Positions 36,376 to 44,623 of a stretch of 49,138 nucleotides of DNA are shown piece after piece; the first letter of the stretch is position 1; each line of letters starts with the position of its first letter. The notes beneath the pieces are model-generated. The model was given only the letters and a program-made list of their open reading frames with translations. It ran no database searches and had not been told where the DNA came from. This stretch comes from an uncultured archaeon (GTDB lineage Archaea; Aenigmatarchaeota; Aenigmatarchaeia; CG10238-14; SCSR01). The stretch covers positions 1 to 49,138 of the forward strand of contig CAZDLC010000001.1 in the NCBI GenBank assembly GCA_964506615.1. The letters are read 5' to 3'. The translations under genes and the position numbers were made by a program.

Positions 36376-36836
36376 ATTTCCTCCATATCTTCTTGAAGTC
36401 CTATTGTTGATTGCAATTTTTTCCATTCAATTTCATAGAGTTCTTCTTTTATTTCTTCAGGTGTGGGCAAAATTATTTCGTCAATTTCAGGAAAAGTTCT
36501 AATTAAGTTACTTCTTATTCTTGGTGGTACTTCATAAGGATAATAGCGAGGTAAATCTTCAGTTATATCGTATGAAATTATTTCCCCTTTTTCATCGCTT
36601 TTAAGTTCTAAGTTATACCTTGGTTGGCACTTGCCATAGTCGAATTGAGAAATGCATTCAAGCTGTTTAAGAAGATTTTGCTTAATTTTTCTCAATTTTT
36701 CTAGGGAAACTTCTGTTTCAAGTCTGTACAAATCTTCTACATTGTACCATATAGAAATTCCAGCTTTCTTATTATACTGTGAAACAACTTCAAGCATTTC
36801 CTCTATTATTCTATGTTTTTCTTCTAATTCTCCCAT
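36372..36836 (-). CDS. Hypothetical acidic protein
   Basis: A 154-aa ORF convergent with the previous ORF, with a 4-nt overlap. No motif recognised. Confidence 0.4.
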   Translation of the reverse strand: MGELEEKHRIIEEMLEVVSQYNKKAGISIWYNVEDLYRLETEVSLEKLRKIKQNLLKQLECISQFDYGKCQPRYNLELKSDEKGEIISYDITEDLPRYYPYEVPPRIRSNLIRTFPEIDEIILPTPEEIKEELYEIEWKKLQSTIGLQEDMEEI

Positions 36837-36918
36837 ACTTTCCTAAAATTATTTTTACATTAAACTTTTAAATAGTTTATTATTTTAAAGGTTAAATCAA
36901 AAATTTACTTTAAAATTT

Positions 36919-37488
36919 TTAGTCAATTTTTTTAAGTCCCTGCCACCATTCGTTTGAGTTTACTTTCTCAAGTTCTTTTATTAGTTTTTTTGCTGAATTT
37001 GTTTTAAGAGTAAGAGAAACATTTTTTATCCAATCCTTTGCATAAGAATAACCTTTTTCCATTAATTCTTTTGCTGTTGCAGCTATTTCAAGCAGGTCAG
37101 CATCCTTAGCTATTAAAGCAGCCTTAGAATCCAAATTCTTAGTTTTCTTCCATAATTCAAATATCTCATTTCCAACTTCCCCAAGTTTTTCAACTTGCTC
37201 TTCAACTGCCCTTTCCTCTTCATATTCTTTCATATACCTTTTCGCTACTTTATGAATATCTCCAATTCTACATTCCTCCAATTCATGAAAAATTACTAAG
37301 GTACAAACTTCAAAAGGATTTGGGTAATTTTCCATTTTTGCAAGAACGAATGCTAGTTGAGCTGCTCTTAAAGTATGCTCTGCAACACTCTCAGGATTTT
37401 TTATTCCCAGTAGTTTCCAGCCTTCATGGTCTATCCTTTTTAGTTGTCCTAACTCAAATACCCAATTCCAAAAATCCCTTTCTTTCAT
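36919..37488 (-). CDS. HD-domain phosphohydrolase (YfbR/COG1896-like 5'-nucleotidase)
   Basis: ESVAEHTL, FHELEECRIGDI (the HD...E..GD pattern) and KDADLLE. Confidence 0.8.
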   Translation of the reverse strand: MKERDFWNWVFELGQLKRIDHEGWKLLGIKNPESVAEHTLRAAQLAFVLAKMENYPNPFEVCTLVIFHELEECRIGDIHKVAKRYMKEYEEERAVEEQVEKLGEVGNEIFELWKKTKNLDSKAALIAKDADLLEIAATAKELMEKGYSYAKDWIKNVSLTLKTNSAKKLIKELEKVNSNEWWQGLKKID

Positions 37489-37492
37489 TAAA

Positions 37493-37663
37493 TCATCTAA
37501 TTAAATTGTACCTTTTAAGGTATTTGTAGCAGTTTTCACACAGATAATAATTATTTACTCTTTTGGAATGAATTTGACAAACAGGAATTCTACAGTTATT
37601 GCAAATTGCAATAGCCTTTTTTCCACATCCAGAAAACACGCATTGCTTATCTGTTTTATCCAT
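37493..37663 (-). CDS. 56-aa cross-brace zinc-finger miniprotein (AN1/B-box-like Cys/His spacing)
   Basis: Hand translation gives MDKTDKQCVFSGCGKKAIAICNNCRIPVCQIHSKRVNNYYLCENCYKYLKRYNLIR. The spacing is C-x4-C-x7-C-x2-C-x4-C-x2-H-x9-C-x2-C. The stop lies 4 nt before the HD gene start. It is below the ORF-track cutoff. Confidence 0.5.
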   Translation of the reverse strand: MDKTDKQCVFSGCGKKAIAICNNCRIPVCQIHSKRVNNYYLCENCYKYLKRYNLIR

Positions 37664-37684
37664 ATTTTAAACTTGTTTAACTAT

Positions 37685-38506
37685 TTATTTAATTTTTTCA
37701 AATATAGATTTCATTTTAAGACTATCTTGCTCCAAAATCGGACTTTCGGATATTATTGTTATGTTTAAATTTCTTTTAACAATTTCTCTTGCCAAAGGTT
37801 CGAAATCAGGTTTTTTTGCTTTCAACTCTAAATGATACCTTTCATTTCCTTTTCCTATACCACTTAAAGAAAACTGAACGCAAGTAAAGTGAGTGTGAAA
37901 GTGATTAAGTTTTAAAGGTTTTAGAGAATCAAAAATTTTTGGATAATTTATTAAGCCACCTTGTCTTGCAAATATATGGGCAAAATCTACTACAGGAACG
38001 CAATTCTTTACATCTTTGGAAATTTGAATTATTTCTTCTAAGGTTCCGAATGTAGATTGTTTTCCCGTAGTTTCTAGCCCGAGTTTAACTCCTTTAATCC
38101 CCATGCTTTTCATTCTATCATTTAAATCTTCACACTCTTTTTTCACTTTTTCTAAAGCCTCTTGTGTTGATAATTTTCCGTAAAAGCCTGGATGAAAAAC
38201 TACAATATCAGCGTTCATAGCTTCTGCTCTCTCTGCAGAATCCAATATCATATTCTTAGAATTTTCGACCTTTTGTTTTTCCTCTGAGCAAAGGTTTATG
38301 AAGTAAGGTGCATGAACAGAAAGCCTAATATTTAGCTCTTTTGCAACTTCACCAGCTTGCTTTGCTAATTCCAAGCTCATCTTTACACCTCTAACAAATT
38401 CAACTTCCATAGCATTTAATCCAAGTTGAGAAACAGTTTTTATTCCGTTCAGGGTATTTTTCTCCTTACAAACAGTTGGTATGCCAGCTGGCCCAAGCCA
38501 AATCAT
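37685..38506 (-). CDS. nfo: Endonuclease IV / AP endonuclease family 2 (TIM barrel)
   Basis: Ordered ligand contexts SVHAPY, VVFHPG, LGLETTG, VDFAHIF, HFHTHF, RYHLE and IISESP resemble the Endo IV metal-binding residues. Confidence 0.8.
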   Translation of the reverse strand: MIWLGPAGIPTVCKEKNTLNGIKTVSQLGLNAMEVEFVRGVKMSLELAKQAGEVAKELNIRLSVHAPYFINLCSEEKQKVENSKNMILDSAERAEAMNADIVVFHPGFYGKLSTQEALEKVKKECEDLNDRMKSMGIKGVKLGLETTGKQSTFGTLEEIIQISKDVKNCVPVVDFAHIFARQGGLINYPKIFDSLKPLKLNHFHTHFTCVQFSLSGIGKGNERYHLELKAKKPDFEPLAREIVKRNLNITIISESPILEQDSLKMKSIFEKIK

Positions 38507-38545
38507 TTTATCAAAATAATATTAGAATTTAAGCTATTTTTATGC

Positions 38546-38704
38546 TTATCCAAAGAGGAGATTCAAAATTATTTCAAAAACTATTATTCCTATGGAAATG
38601 AAAACAAGTTGTTCTGGCTTAATCTTTATAAGTTCTTCTCCTTCTTCAGAATACCTTAGTAATCCACCACTTCCCATTGGTATGTAAATTTTTTCTCTTG
38701 CCAT
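38546..38704 (-). CDS. secG: Preprotein translocase subunit Sec61 beta (archaeal SecG)
   Basis: Hand translation gives MAREKIYIPMGSGGLLRYSEEGEELIKIKPEQLVFISIGIIVFEIILNLLFG (52 aa). The GLxRY...IKxxPE motif plus a C-terminal TM anchor is as in archaeal Sec61 beta. It is below the ORF-track cutoff. Confidence 0.8.
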   Translation of the reverse strand: MAREKIYIPMGSGGLLRYSEEGEELIKIKPEQLVFISIGIIVFEIILNLLFG

Positions 38705-38741
38705 ATTTTCTTTTTATAGTTTAAGATTTTTATTTTTTAAA

Positions 38742-39089
38742 TTGAATGAATTGAATGGGAAGATGAGAGAAGAGCTTTATTCATTAGCTGAAGATTGGCG
38801 AGTAAGAAAAATTTTTGAATATTTAAAAAGAAGCAGCTACGCATATTTAGATGAACTTTCTGAGAAGTTAGGGATTGGTAAAACTACCTTGAGGAAGAGA
38901 ATAGGAGAAATGGCTGAGGTAGGAATAATTGAAATTAAGAGAAGCATAGAAGTTTATAAAGAAGAGCTTGAAAAATGGCACCCATGTAAAATTTTAATAT
39001 CTTTAAAGAAAGGAAAAGAGGCAGAACAATTCGAAAAAATTTTGAATAATTATAAAGTTAAACAAGAAAATCTTCAATTTTGTATTTAA
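38742..39089 (+). CDS. Winged-helix DNA-binding protein (ArsR/TrmB-like)
   Basis: RKIFEYLKRSSYAYLDELSEKLGIGKTTLRKRIGEMAEVGIIE is a typical wHTH. The track start is TTG; an in-frame ATG lies at 38763. Confidence 0.5.
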   Translation: MNELNGKMREELYSLAEDWRVRKIFEYLKRSSYAYLDELSEKLGIGKTTLRKRIGEMAEVGIIEIKRSIEVYKEELEKWHPCKILISLKKGKEAEQFEKILNNYKVKQENLQFCI

Positions 39090-39642
39090 ATTGAGAGTCT
39101 GATTTAATTTCTCCTCTCAATTTTAAGATTTCCCTTGCTAAGATCCAGAATATTAGGGCTAGCGATTTTTTTCCCTTATTGTTTGCAGGAATAACTAGAT
39201 CTATATTCCTTATTTGATTGAAAGTATTGCAAATGGCAACTACAGGAATTCTAGCTTTAACTGCTTCGTCAACAGCCTGCTTATCTATGAGAGGATCTGT
39301 AACTAAAACAACATCAACATCGAAAAATTTTTGATAGCTTGGATTTGTTAAGCTGCCTGGCATAAACCTTCCGGCAACAGCATAAGCATTAACTGCTTCA
39401 GCAAATTTTTTAATTATGTTATGGGTTACTAAAAGCCTTCCGGCAACTAATATTTTTTTAGATCTTGCCAAAAATTTTGATGCAACTTTAAGCCTTTCAT
39501 CTATAGTTTTTAAATTTAAAGTAGCAACTCCATCGCTCCTTATTTTATAGATAAACCTTTCCATATCTTTTGTTTTGCTCTTCATTCCTATGTGTATTCC
39601 TGAAGCTAAGTATTTTTGTTTTGAAACTAAAAGTTTTGGCAT
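39058..39642 (-). CDS. rps2: Ribosomal protein S2 (uS2)
   Basis: YLASGIHIGMKSKTKDMERFIYKIRSDGVATLNL and DLVIPANNKGKKSLALIFWILARE match archaeal uS2. Confidence 0.9.
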   Translation of the reverse strand: MPKLLVSKQKYLASGIHIGMKSKTKDMERFIYKIRSDGVATLNLKTIDERLKVASKFLARSKKILVAGRLLVTHNIIKKFAEAVNAYAVAGRFMPGSLTNPSYQKFFDVDVVLVTDPLIDKQAVDEAVKARIPVVAICNTFNQIRNIDLVIPANNKGKKSLALIFWILAREILKLRGEIKSDSQFKYKIEDFLV

Positions 39643-39674
39643 AACAAAAATTTTATGTTTTAAGATTTAAAAAG

Positions 39675-40463
39675 TTAGCCGATATAGGTTAGTTTTTCTT
39701 CCTTTGGTTTTTGAACTTTAAGCAATTGAGAAATTGCTTTCATTTCCACATTTTCTATTTTCTTCATAAATTCTTCCATTTCTTTAACTTTTCTTTCAAT
39801 CTTTGATGTATCTATTTTTATATTCAAAATCTTAATTAAAACTTTAAGAACAACTTCTGCACTTCTGTGGTCTGGAATTATGGGGAATCCGGAAGTTTCT
39901 CCTAGTAAACAAACTCCTTTTATTCCGTAATACTTCCCAAAACCTATCAGAAGGCCTGAGGCTCCTACAATTGTGCCAACCTTTCCGCTAGAATCAAAAT
40001 CTATGCCATACTTTGAATATTTCTTAATTAAACTTTCGTCATTTACAGCACCAACAACTTTTGGCTCTTTAACCTGCTCTCCTATACTTAGCCCACCTAA
40101 AGTAAACATTTCCTTTACGCCAAATTTTTTAACGTAATTCAATATAGTTTCAACAATCTCATAATGACCTTCTTGAGTAGTGCTTTGAGAATCTCCTATC
40201 AAGATTATAAGGTCTCTTTGCCCCTTTTTCTTAGCTTTCCAGTAATAAAACTCATTTTTAAGAACGTGAGCTACGCTATTTTGATGTAAAAGTATGAAGG
40301 GCATGAAATGGGAAGAAAGTAATTCTGCAAACTTTACTGCTTTAAGCTCCTCAACTAAATAACCTGCTGCTATTCTTCCAACATTTCCTACTCCAGGCAA
40401 GCCCTCTATAAAAATAGGGTTCTTCAACTTTGGTTTTTCAATTTCGATTATTTGAGTTACCAT
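39675..40463 (-). CDS. PAC2-family (proteasome assembly chaperone-like, COG1938) protein
   Basis: PIFIEGLPGVGNVGRIAAGYLVEEL and GETSGFPIIPDHRSAEVVLKVL match the PAC2 pattern. It sits downstream of aIF2 alpha and Nop10, as in many archaea. Confidence 0.75.
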   Translation of the reverse strand: MVTQIIEIEKPKLKNPIFIEGLPGVGNVGRIAAGYLVEELKAVKFAELLSSHFMPFILLHQNSVAHVLKNEFYYWKAKKKGQRDLIILIGDSQSTTQEGHYEIVETILNYVKKFGVKEMFTLGGLSIGEQVKEPKVVGAVNDESLIKKYSKYGIDFDSSGKVGTIVGASGLLIGFGKYYGIKGVCLLGETSGFPIIPDHRSAEVVLKVLIKILNIKIDTSKIERKVKEMEEFMKKIENVEMKAISQLLKVQKPKEEKLTYIG

Positions 40464-40504
40464 AATATATTGTTGGTTTTTATTAATTTGTGTTTTTTCT
40501 AGAT

Positions 40505-40675
40505 TTAAAGTTCTGTTTTAATTTGAGTTCTTTTTAAAAGTTCTCTCCTATATTTTCCATATTTATCTTCTGGAGAAAATGGTGGTGGAATCGGGCTTAC
40601 TGTTTTTTTACCGCATTTAGGACAAGAATCTTTAAAAGTATAAATTTTACAATCCAAGCATTTTCTCATCTTCAT
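40505..40675 (-). CDS. nop10: H/ACA RNP protein Nop10
   Basis: Hand translation gives [56 protein letters not shown]. This carries the Nop10 zinc ribbon plus the [12 protein letters not shown] signature. The ATG overlaps the aIF2 alpha stop (ATGA). Confidence 0.85.
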   Translation of the reverse strand: MKMRKCLDCKIYTFKDSCPKCGKKTVSPIPPPFSPEDKYGKYRRELLKRTQIKTEL

Positions 40676-41445
40676 TTTATCATCTTATAGGAAACTAAGC
40701 TATTAACTTTTTCAGCCTCTTTAACAGCAAACTCTAGAGCTTCTGTTAACTTTTTTTCTAATTTTTTTGGGTTTTTGCCTTTTATTTTAACCATATACTT
40801 TGGAGCTGAAATATAAGTTATTTCTAAGCCAAAGTTTTCTTCTAAGCTCATTAGAACTTTTTTTATCCTTTCAATTCCATTCATAGAAAAATTTTTAATT
40901 TCCATTTCTGCTTTTATCTCTACTTCTTTCTCCTTAAAACTCTTTTTAATATTTTCAAGTAATGCTTTTTTCCATTCCTCTTTTATGTTAATTTTATCCA
41001 AAACCTTTTCATCCTTAGAAATACTTTCAAAAGCAGAAAAAAGGCTATCAAATTTTTCTTGTAAAATAAAACCAACTTCTTCATAAGCTTGGTCCAAGCT
41101 TTTATTCATTTCTTTAGCTGTTTGTTCAAGAATTTTTTCTGCTCTTTCCTCTTTTCTAAAATCGTTCCACTTATCTTTTTCATCCTTTTCGTTTACCCTT
41201 TTTAAACTCAAGCTTACAAAATTTTTTTGATAATCTATCTTAACAACTTTTGCAACGTATTGTTTTCCAACTTTAACAAATTTTTTAATATCCTTAACCC
41301 ACTTTCCAGCAACTTCTGTTATATGGATCATACCTTCTATACCAGGATATTCTTCCAAATCGCACCATGCAGCATAAGGTGTAACTCTTTTAACTTTACA
41401 AATTACCAATTCGCCCCATTCTGGTAATCCTTTTCTCCTCGGCAT
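40672..41445 (-). CDS. eif2a: Translation initiation factor aIF2 alpha subunit
   Basis: N-terminal S1 domain ([43 protein letters not shown]) followed by helical and alpha-beta domains. Size is 257 aa. Confidence 0.9.
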   Translation of the reverse strand: MPRRKGLPEWGELVICKVKRVTPYAAWCDLEEYPGIEGMIHITEVAGKWVKDIKKFVKVGKQYVAKVVKIDYQKNFVSLSLKRVNEKDEKDKWNDFRKEERAEKILEQTAKEMNKSLDQAYEEVGFILQEKFDSLFSAFESISKDEKVLDKINIKEEWKKALLENIKKSFKEKEVEIKAEMEIKNFSMNGIERIKKVLMSLEENFGLEITYISAPKYMVKIKGKNPKKLEKKLTEALEFAVKEAEKVNSLVSYKMIK

Positions 41446-41500
41446 TTTCTCTTATATAGATTAAGAAGAGAATTAATAAATTTGAAAATTAATTAAAAAT

Positions 41501-41836
41501 ATGGTTTATTATCATGTAGGAAGAGTTTTGGAAATTCTTTCAGAAAAAGATACAGCAAGCTCAGACCTTTCTGTCCAGGCTGTTGTGGAGACTTGGGACG
41601 AAAATATAATAACTTATCTTGTTGACCCAAAAATTAAGGACAAAATTAAAGTAGGTGATATAGTTTTGATAGATTATAATCCAACAGAAACTCAGCCATT
41701 CAGACCAAAAGAAATAATAGTTAAAGTAATTCCTGGAGAAAAAGGAGAAAAAGTTTGGAGTTACTATAAAGAATTCTTCAGAAAAAGACCGAAAATTAAG
41801 GTTAGTATGCCGGAGCAGCAATCCTATATAGGATAA
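41501..41836 (+). CDS. Hypothetical small protein ending in SYIG
   Basis: A 111-aa ORF with a probable small beta-barrel-like N-terminal half (KIKVGDIVLIDY). No family recognised. Confidence 0.45.
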   Translation: MVYYHVGRVLEILSEKDTASSDLSVQAVVETWDENIITYLVDPKIKDKIKVGDIVLIDYNPTETQPFRPKEIIVKVIPGEKGEKVWSYYKEFFRKRPKIKVSMPEQQSYIG

Positions 41837-41853
41837 ATTTAAGAATTTTAAGT

Positions 41854-42327
41854 ATGAAAGTGGTTTTGGACACATCTGCAATAATATACTTGAGCGATTT
41901 TAGGATTTTTGATGAGATGTTTACTGTACAAGAAGTTTTGAGTGAAGTTAAGGATAGGATAAGCAGCATGAAACTTTCAGCTTTAAACTTAAAAGTAGAA
42001 GAGCCGAACGAGAAATTCTTAAGGGAAATTGAAAAAGTTGCTGAGGAAACAGGAGACGCTGAGAAGCTTTCTAAGACTGATTTAAAGGTTCTTGCTCTAG
42101 CAAGAGAAAAAAGTTGTGCTATAATTTCAGATGATAGAAGTATACAGAATGTTGCTAAGAGGTTGGGGATAAAATTTATTTCCATTTTTAACAAGAGAAT
42201 TTCTAAGTTCATAATTTGGGGAAAGTATTGTAAAAATTGTAAAAGGTTTTGCGAGGAAAAGATTTGTAGTATTTGCGGAAGCAAAACAGAGAGAAAACCA
42301 AAAGTAGTTGAGGAGATAAAGCCTTAA
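41854..42327 (+). CDS. nob1: Nob1-like PIN endonuclease with C-terminal zinc ribbon
   Basis: PIN motif MKVVLDTSAIIYL...SKTDLKVLALA...ISDDRSIQNVA followed by CKNCKRFCEEKICSICGS. This is the archaeal Nob1 architecture. Confidence 0.75.
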   Translation: MKVVLDTSAIIYLSDFRIFDEMFTVQEVLSEVKDRISSMKLSALNLKVEEPNEKFLREIEKVAEETGDAEKLSKTDLKVLALAREKSCAIISDDRSIQNVAKRLGIKFISIFNKRISKFIIWGKYCKNCKRFCEEKICSICGSKTERKPKVVEEIKP

Positions 42328-42584
42328 TAGCTTTTGCAAACACATGGAACAGAATAACCTAGTATGTTTAAGGTTATGTTTGTTGGATAAAGAGATTTAG
42401 CGGCCCATTCTTCGCCTTTTATTTGGACTGTAACTAGAACTTCTCTTTTTCCATATTCTGGAATTTCGCATTCGCACTTAAAAACACCTGTAGGTGAAGT
42501 TTGTTTCCAGAAGAAAAGGAAGAAAATTGTTATGAAAACAAGAATTATTATAAAAAGAAAGAGCAGAGCTATTTGAGATTTCAT
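42324..42584 (-). CDS. Small membrane-anchored protein with CEC and CVC motifs
   Basis: An N-terminal TM anchor followed by about 55 aa with 4 Cys. No family recognised. Confidence 0.4.
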   Translation of the reverse strand: MKSQIALLFLFIIILVFITIFFLFFWKQTSPTGVFKCECEIPEYGKREVLVTVQIKGEEWAAKSLYPTNITLNILGYSVPCVCKSY

Positions 42585-42608
42585 AATTAACTTTAGACTT
42601 TAGATAAA

Positions 42609-42815
42609 TTAAGGTTTTTTCAATTCTCTAAGTCTTTTCCTTAGTATGTAATCATAAACACTTTCTTTTCTCGGAGGCCATTCTCCAATTGTTTTCTCGT
42701 ATAATTCCTTAATACTTGTTCTAACTAATTCGCTAAAGCTTGAGAAAATTTTTCCCTTTAAACTTCTAGCTTTTTCGTAAATATCTTCTTCAAGCTCAAA
42801 TTCAACCTTTTCCAT
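42609..42815 (-). CDS. Ribbon-helix-helix (CopG-like) protein
   Basis: EKVEFELEEDIYEKARSL (strand plus helix A) and SFSELVRTSIKELYEK (helix B) fit the RHH pattern. Size is 68 aa. Confidence 0.5.
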   Translation of the reverse strand: MEKVEFELEEDIYEKARSLKGKIFSSFSELVRTSIKELYEKTIGEWPPRKESVYDYILRKRLRELKKP

Positions 42816-42930
42816 ATCCTTTAATAAAGTTTTTTAAAATTTATAAACCTTAAAAGCGTTAATTTTAAATACTTTTCGATGTATAATTTTATTAACCTTT
42901 CGCTTTGAATATTTACTAAAAAGTGATAAA

Positions 42931-43869
42931 ATGCCAAGAAAAAAAGTTAAGAAAGGAGCTTTAAGCTGTCCTGAATGTGGAAGTTATGAAATTATAGAAG
43001 ATCCTTCAAGAGGGGAATTATTCTGCAAGTCATGCGGAGCAATTATAAAGGAAGATATGATAGATATAGGGCAAGAGTGGAGAGCTTTTGATTCTGAGCA
43101 AATGTCAAGAAGGGCAAGAGGTGGAGCTCCTTTAACTTTTACTAAGCATGATAAAGGTTTAACTACAGAAATAGGAAAAGGCGTGGGCGAACTTTACAAG
43201 GTCCCTGCGAAGAAAAGAGCTCAGTACTATAGGCTAACAAAGTGGCATAAAAGATTAATTAAATCAAAAGATAGGAATTTGAGCTTTGCCCTTTCAGAAT
43301 TGCAAAGGATAGTTTCTTTCTTGAATCTTTCACGCTCTATTCACGAAAGAATAGCAAGGTATTATGAGGAAGCGGTTAATAAAGGATTGGTAAGAGGTAG
43401 GAGCATTGAATCTGTTATAGCAGCCTTAACTTATGCAGTTTCTCGCGAATTTGGTTCTCCAAGAACTTTGGATGAAATTTCAGAGGCAAGTGGAGTTGAG
43501 AAAAAGGAAATTGGAAGAACTTATAGGTATATTGCTAGAGAATTGGGAATAAGAATTCTTCCAGCAGACCCTATTACATTTGTTCCAAGATTTTGTTCTA
43601 TGTTAGGACTAAGCGATAAAGTTCAGGCAAAGGCTGTGGAAATTTTGAGGAAAGCTAGGAAGTTTGACATTACTGGAGGAAAAGGTCCTACTGGTATAGC
43701 CGCAGCAGCTGTTTATATTGCTTGCGTTTTAGTTGGAGAAAAAAGGACTCAGCGTGAAGTAGCGGATGTATTTGGAATTACCGAAGTTACTATTCGTAAT
43801 AGGTATAAAGAATTAGTAGAAAAGATGGGAATTGAAGAAGAAGTAGAAAGGAAAGCAAAAGAAGAGTAA
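42931..43869 (+). CDS. tfb: Transcription initiation factor TFB (TFIIB homolog)
   Basis: N-terminal ribbon CPECGS...FCKSCG, a B-reader/linker, two cyclin-like repeats, and an HTH (RTQREVADVFGITEVTIRNRYKEL). Confidence 0.95.
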   Translation: MPRKKVKKGALSCPECGSYEIIEDPSRGELFCKSCGAIIKEDMIDIGQEWRAFDSEQMSRRARGGAPLTFTKHDKGLTTEIGKGVGELYKVPAKKRAQYYRLTKWHKRLIKSKDRNLSFALSELQRIVSFLNLSRSIHERIARYYEEAVNKGLVRGRSIESVIAALTYAVSREFGSPRTLDEISEASGVEKKEIGRTYRYIARELGIRILPADPITFVPRFCSMLGLSDKVQAKAVEILRKARKFDITGGKGPTGIAAAAVYIACVLVGEKRTQREVADVFGITEVTIRNRYKELVEKMGIEEEVERKAKEE

Positions 43870-43872
43870 TTC

Positions 43873-44580
43873 TTAGCTCAAATTGGATAAGAGAAAAACA
43901 ATTTGCCTTATTTCATATCTAGGCCTCCAACTAAAAAATCCTTCAGAAATTTTTATAGTTCCCTTATCGCCATTTACAGTAACTTGATACCTGTTAAAAT
44001 CTTTTAAAAATTTTATTTTTGGTCTAAAGCTTATTACGCGCAAGCATTCAGGAAAATTTTGCAAGTATTCTTTAAATTTAGAATTGTTTTCTAAGCAATT
44101 TCCCCTAAGAATATCGTATATTAAGCCATTAACATTTTTAAACATAGCCTGCTTTAATTCCAAGGAATGGTTTGAATATATTTTTTGCAGCTCCTCAGGC
44201 TTAAGTTTTAAGGGAGTAAATTTAACTTTTAAAAGTTTTTCAAGTAGAGAAACTATTTCTTGAGTTTTATCATCAGGGCCGCGATATACTTCTAAGGTTT
44301 TAGTTAGCAAATTTATAAAGCAATAAATTCTTCTCAAAATTTTTGTTTTGCCATTTTCTTTAAGAAAAGATACTATTTCATCAGCATCCTCAGAAAAAAC
44401 TTTTTTTAAACTTTCTTCCACATCTTCATAATACCAATAAGTTATAAAAATTTCTTCATTGCTATACCTACTAGGTTTTGCTGTAAACCAATAGCTGTTA
44501 AACTTTTTTTCGTTCAAAATTTTGCATATTTCGTTAATCTTGCCGATTCTTTCAAATTTAAAAATCGATATTGTAGGCAT
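43873..44580 (-). CDS. Hypothetical protein (last gene of the 49112-to-43873 cluster)
   Basis: A 235-aa ORF with no recognisable motif. The stop lies 3 nt from the convergent tfb stop. Confidence 0.45.
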   Translation of the reverse strand: MPTISIFKFERIGKINEICKILNEKKFNSYWFTAKPSRYSNEEIFITYWYYEDVEESLKKVFSEDADEIVSFLKENGKTKILRRIYCFINLLTKTLEVYRGPDDKTQEIVSLLEKLLKVKFTPLKLKPEELQKIYSNHSLELKQAMFKNVNGLIYDILRGNCLENNSKFKEYLQNFPECLRVISFRPKIKFLKDFNRYQVTVNGDKGTIKISEGFFSWRPRYEIRQIVFLLSNLS

Positions 44581-44623
44581 GGTTTAAAATTAAGATGAAA
44601 ATCTGATATAGATTCATAACCTA

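Noticed and set aside
37568-37768. 66-aa plus-strand ORF in the Endo IV / HD spacer
   Set aside because: The minus strand here encodes a Cys/His-patterned 56-aa zinc-finger ORF with operon-like spacing. The plus-strand ORF has no features and crosses the Endo IV 3' end.
41802-42284. 160-aa minus-strand ORF (and 41561..41881, 42127..42345) opposite Nob1 and the 111-aa ORF
   Set aside because: The plus-strand reading gives a clear PIN plus zinc-ribbon Nob1 architecture. The minus-strand products are low-complexity.
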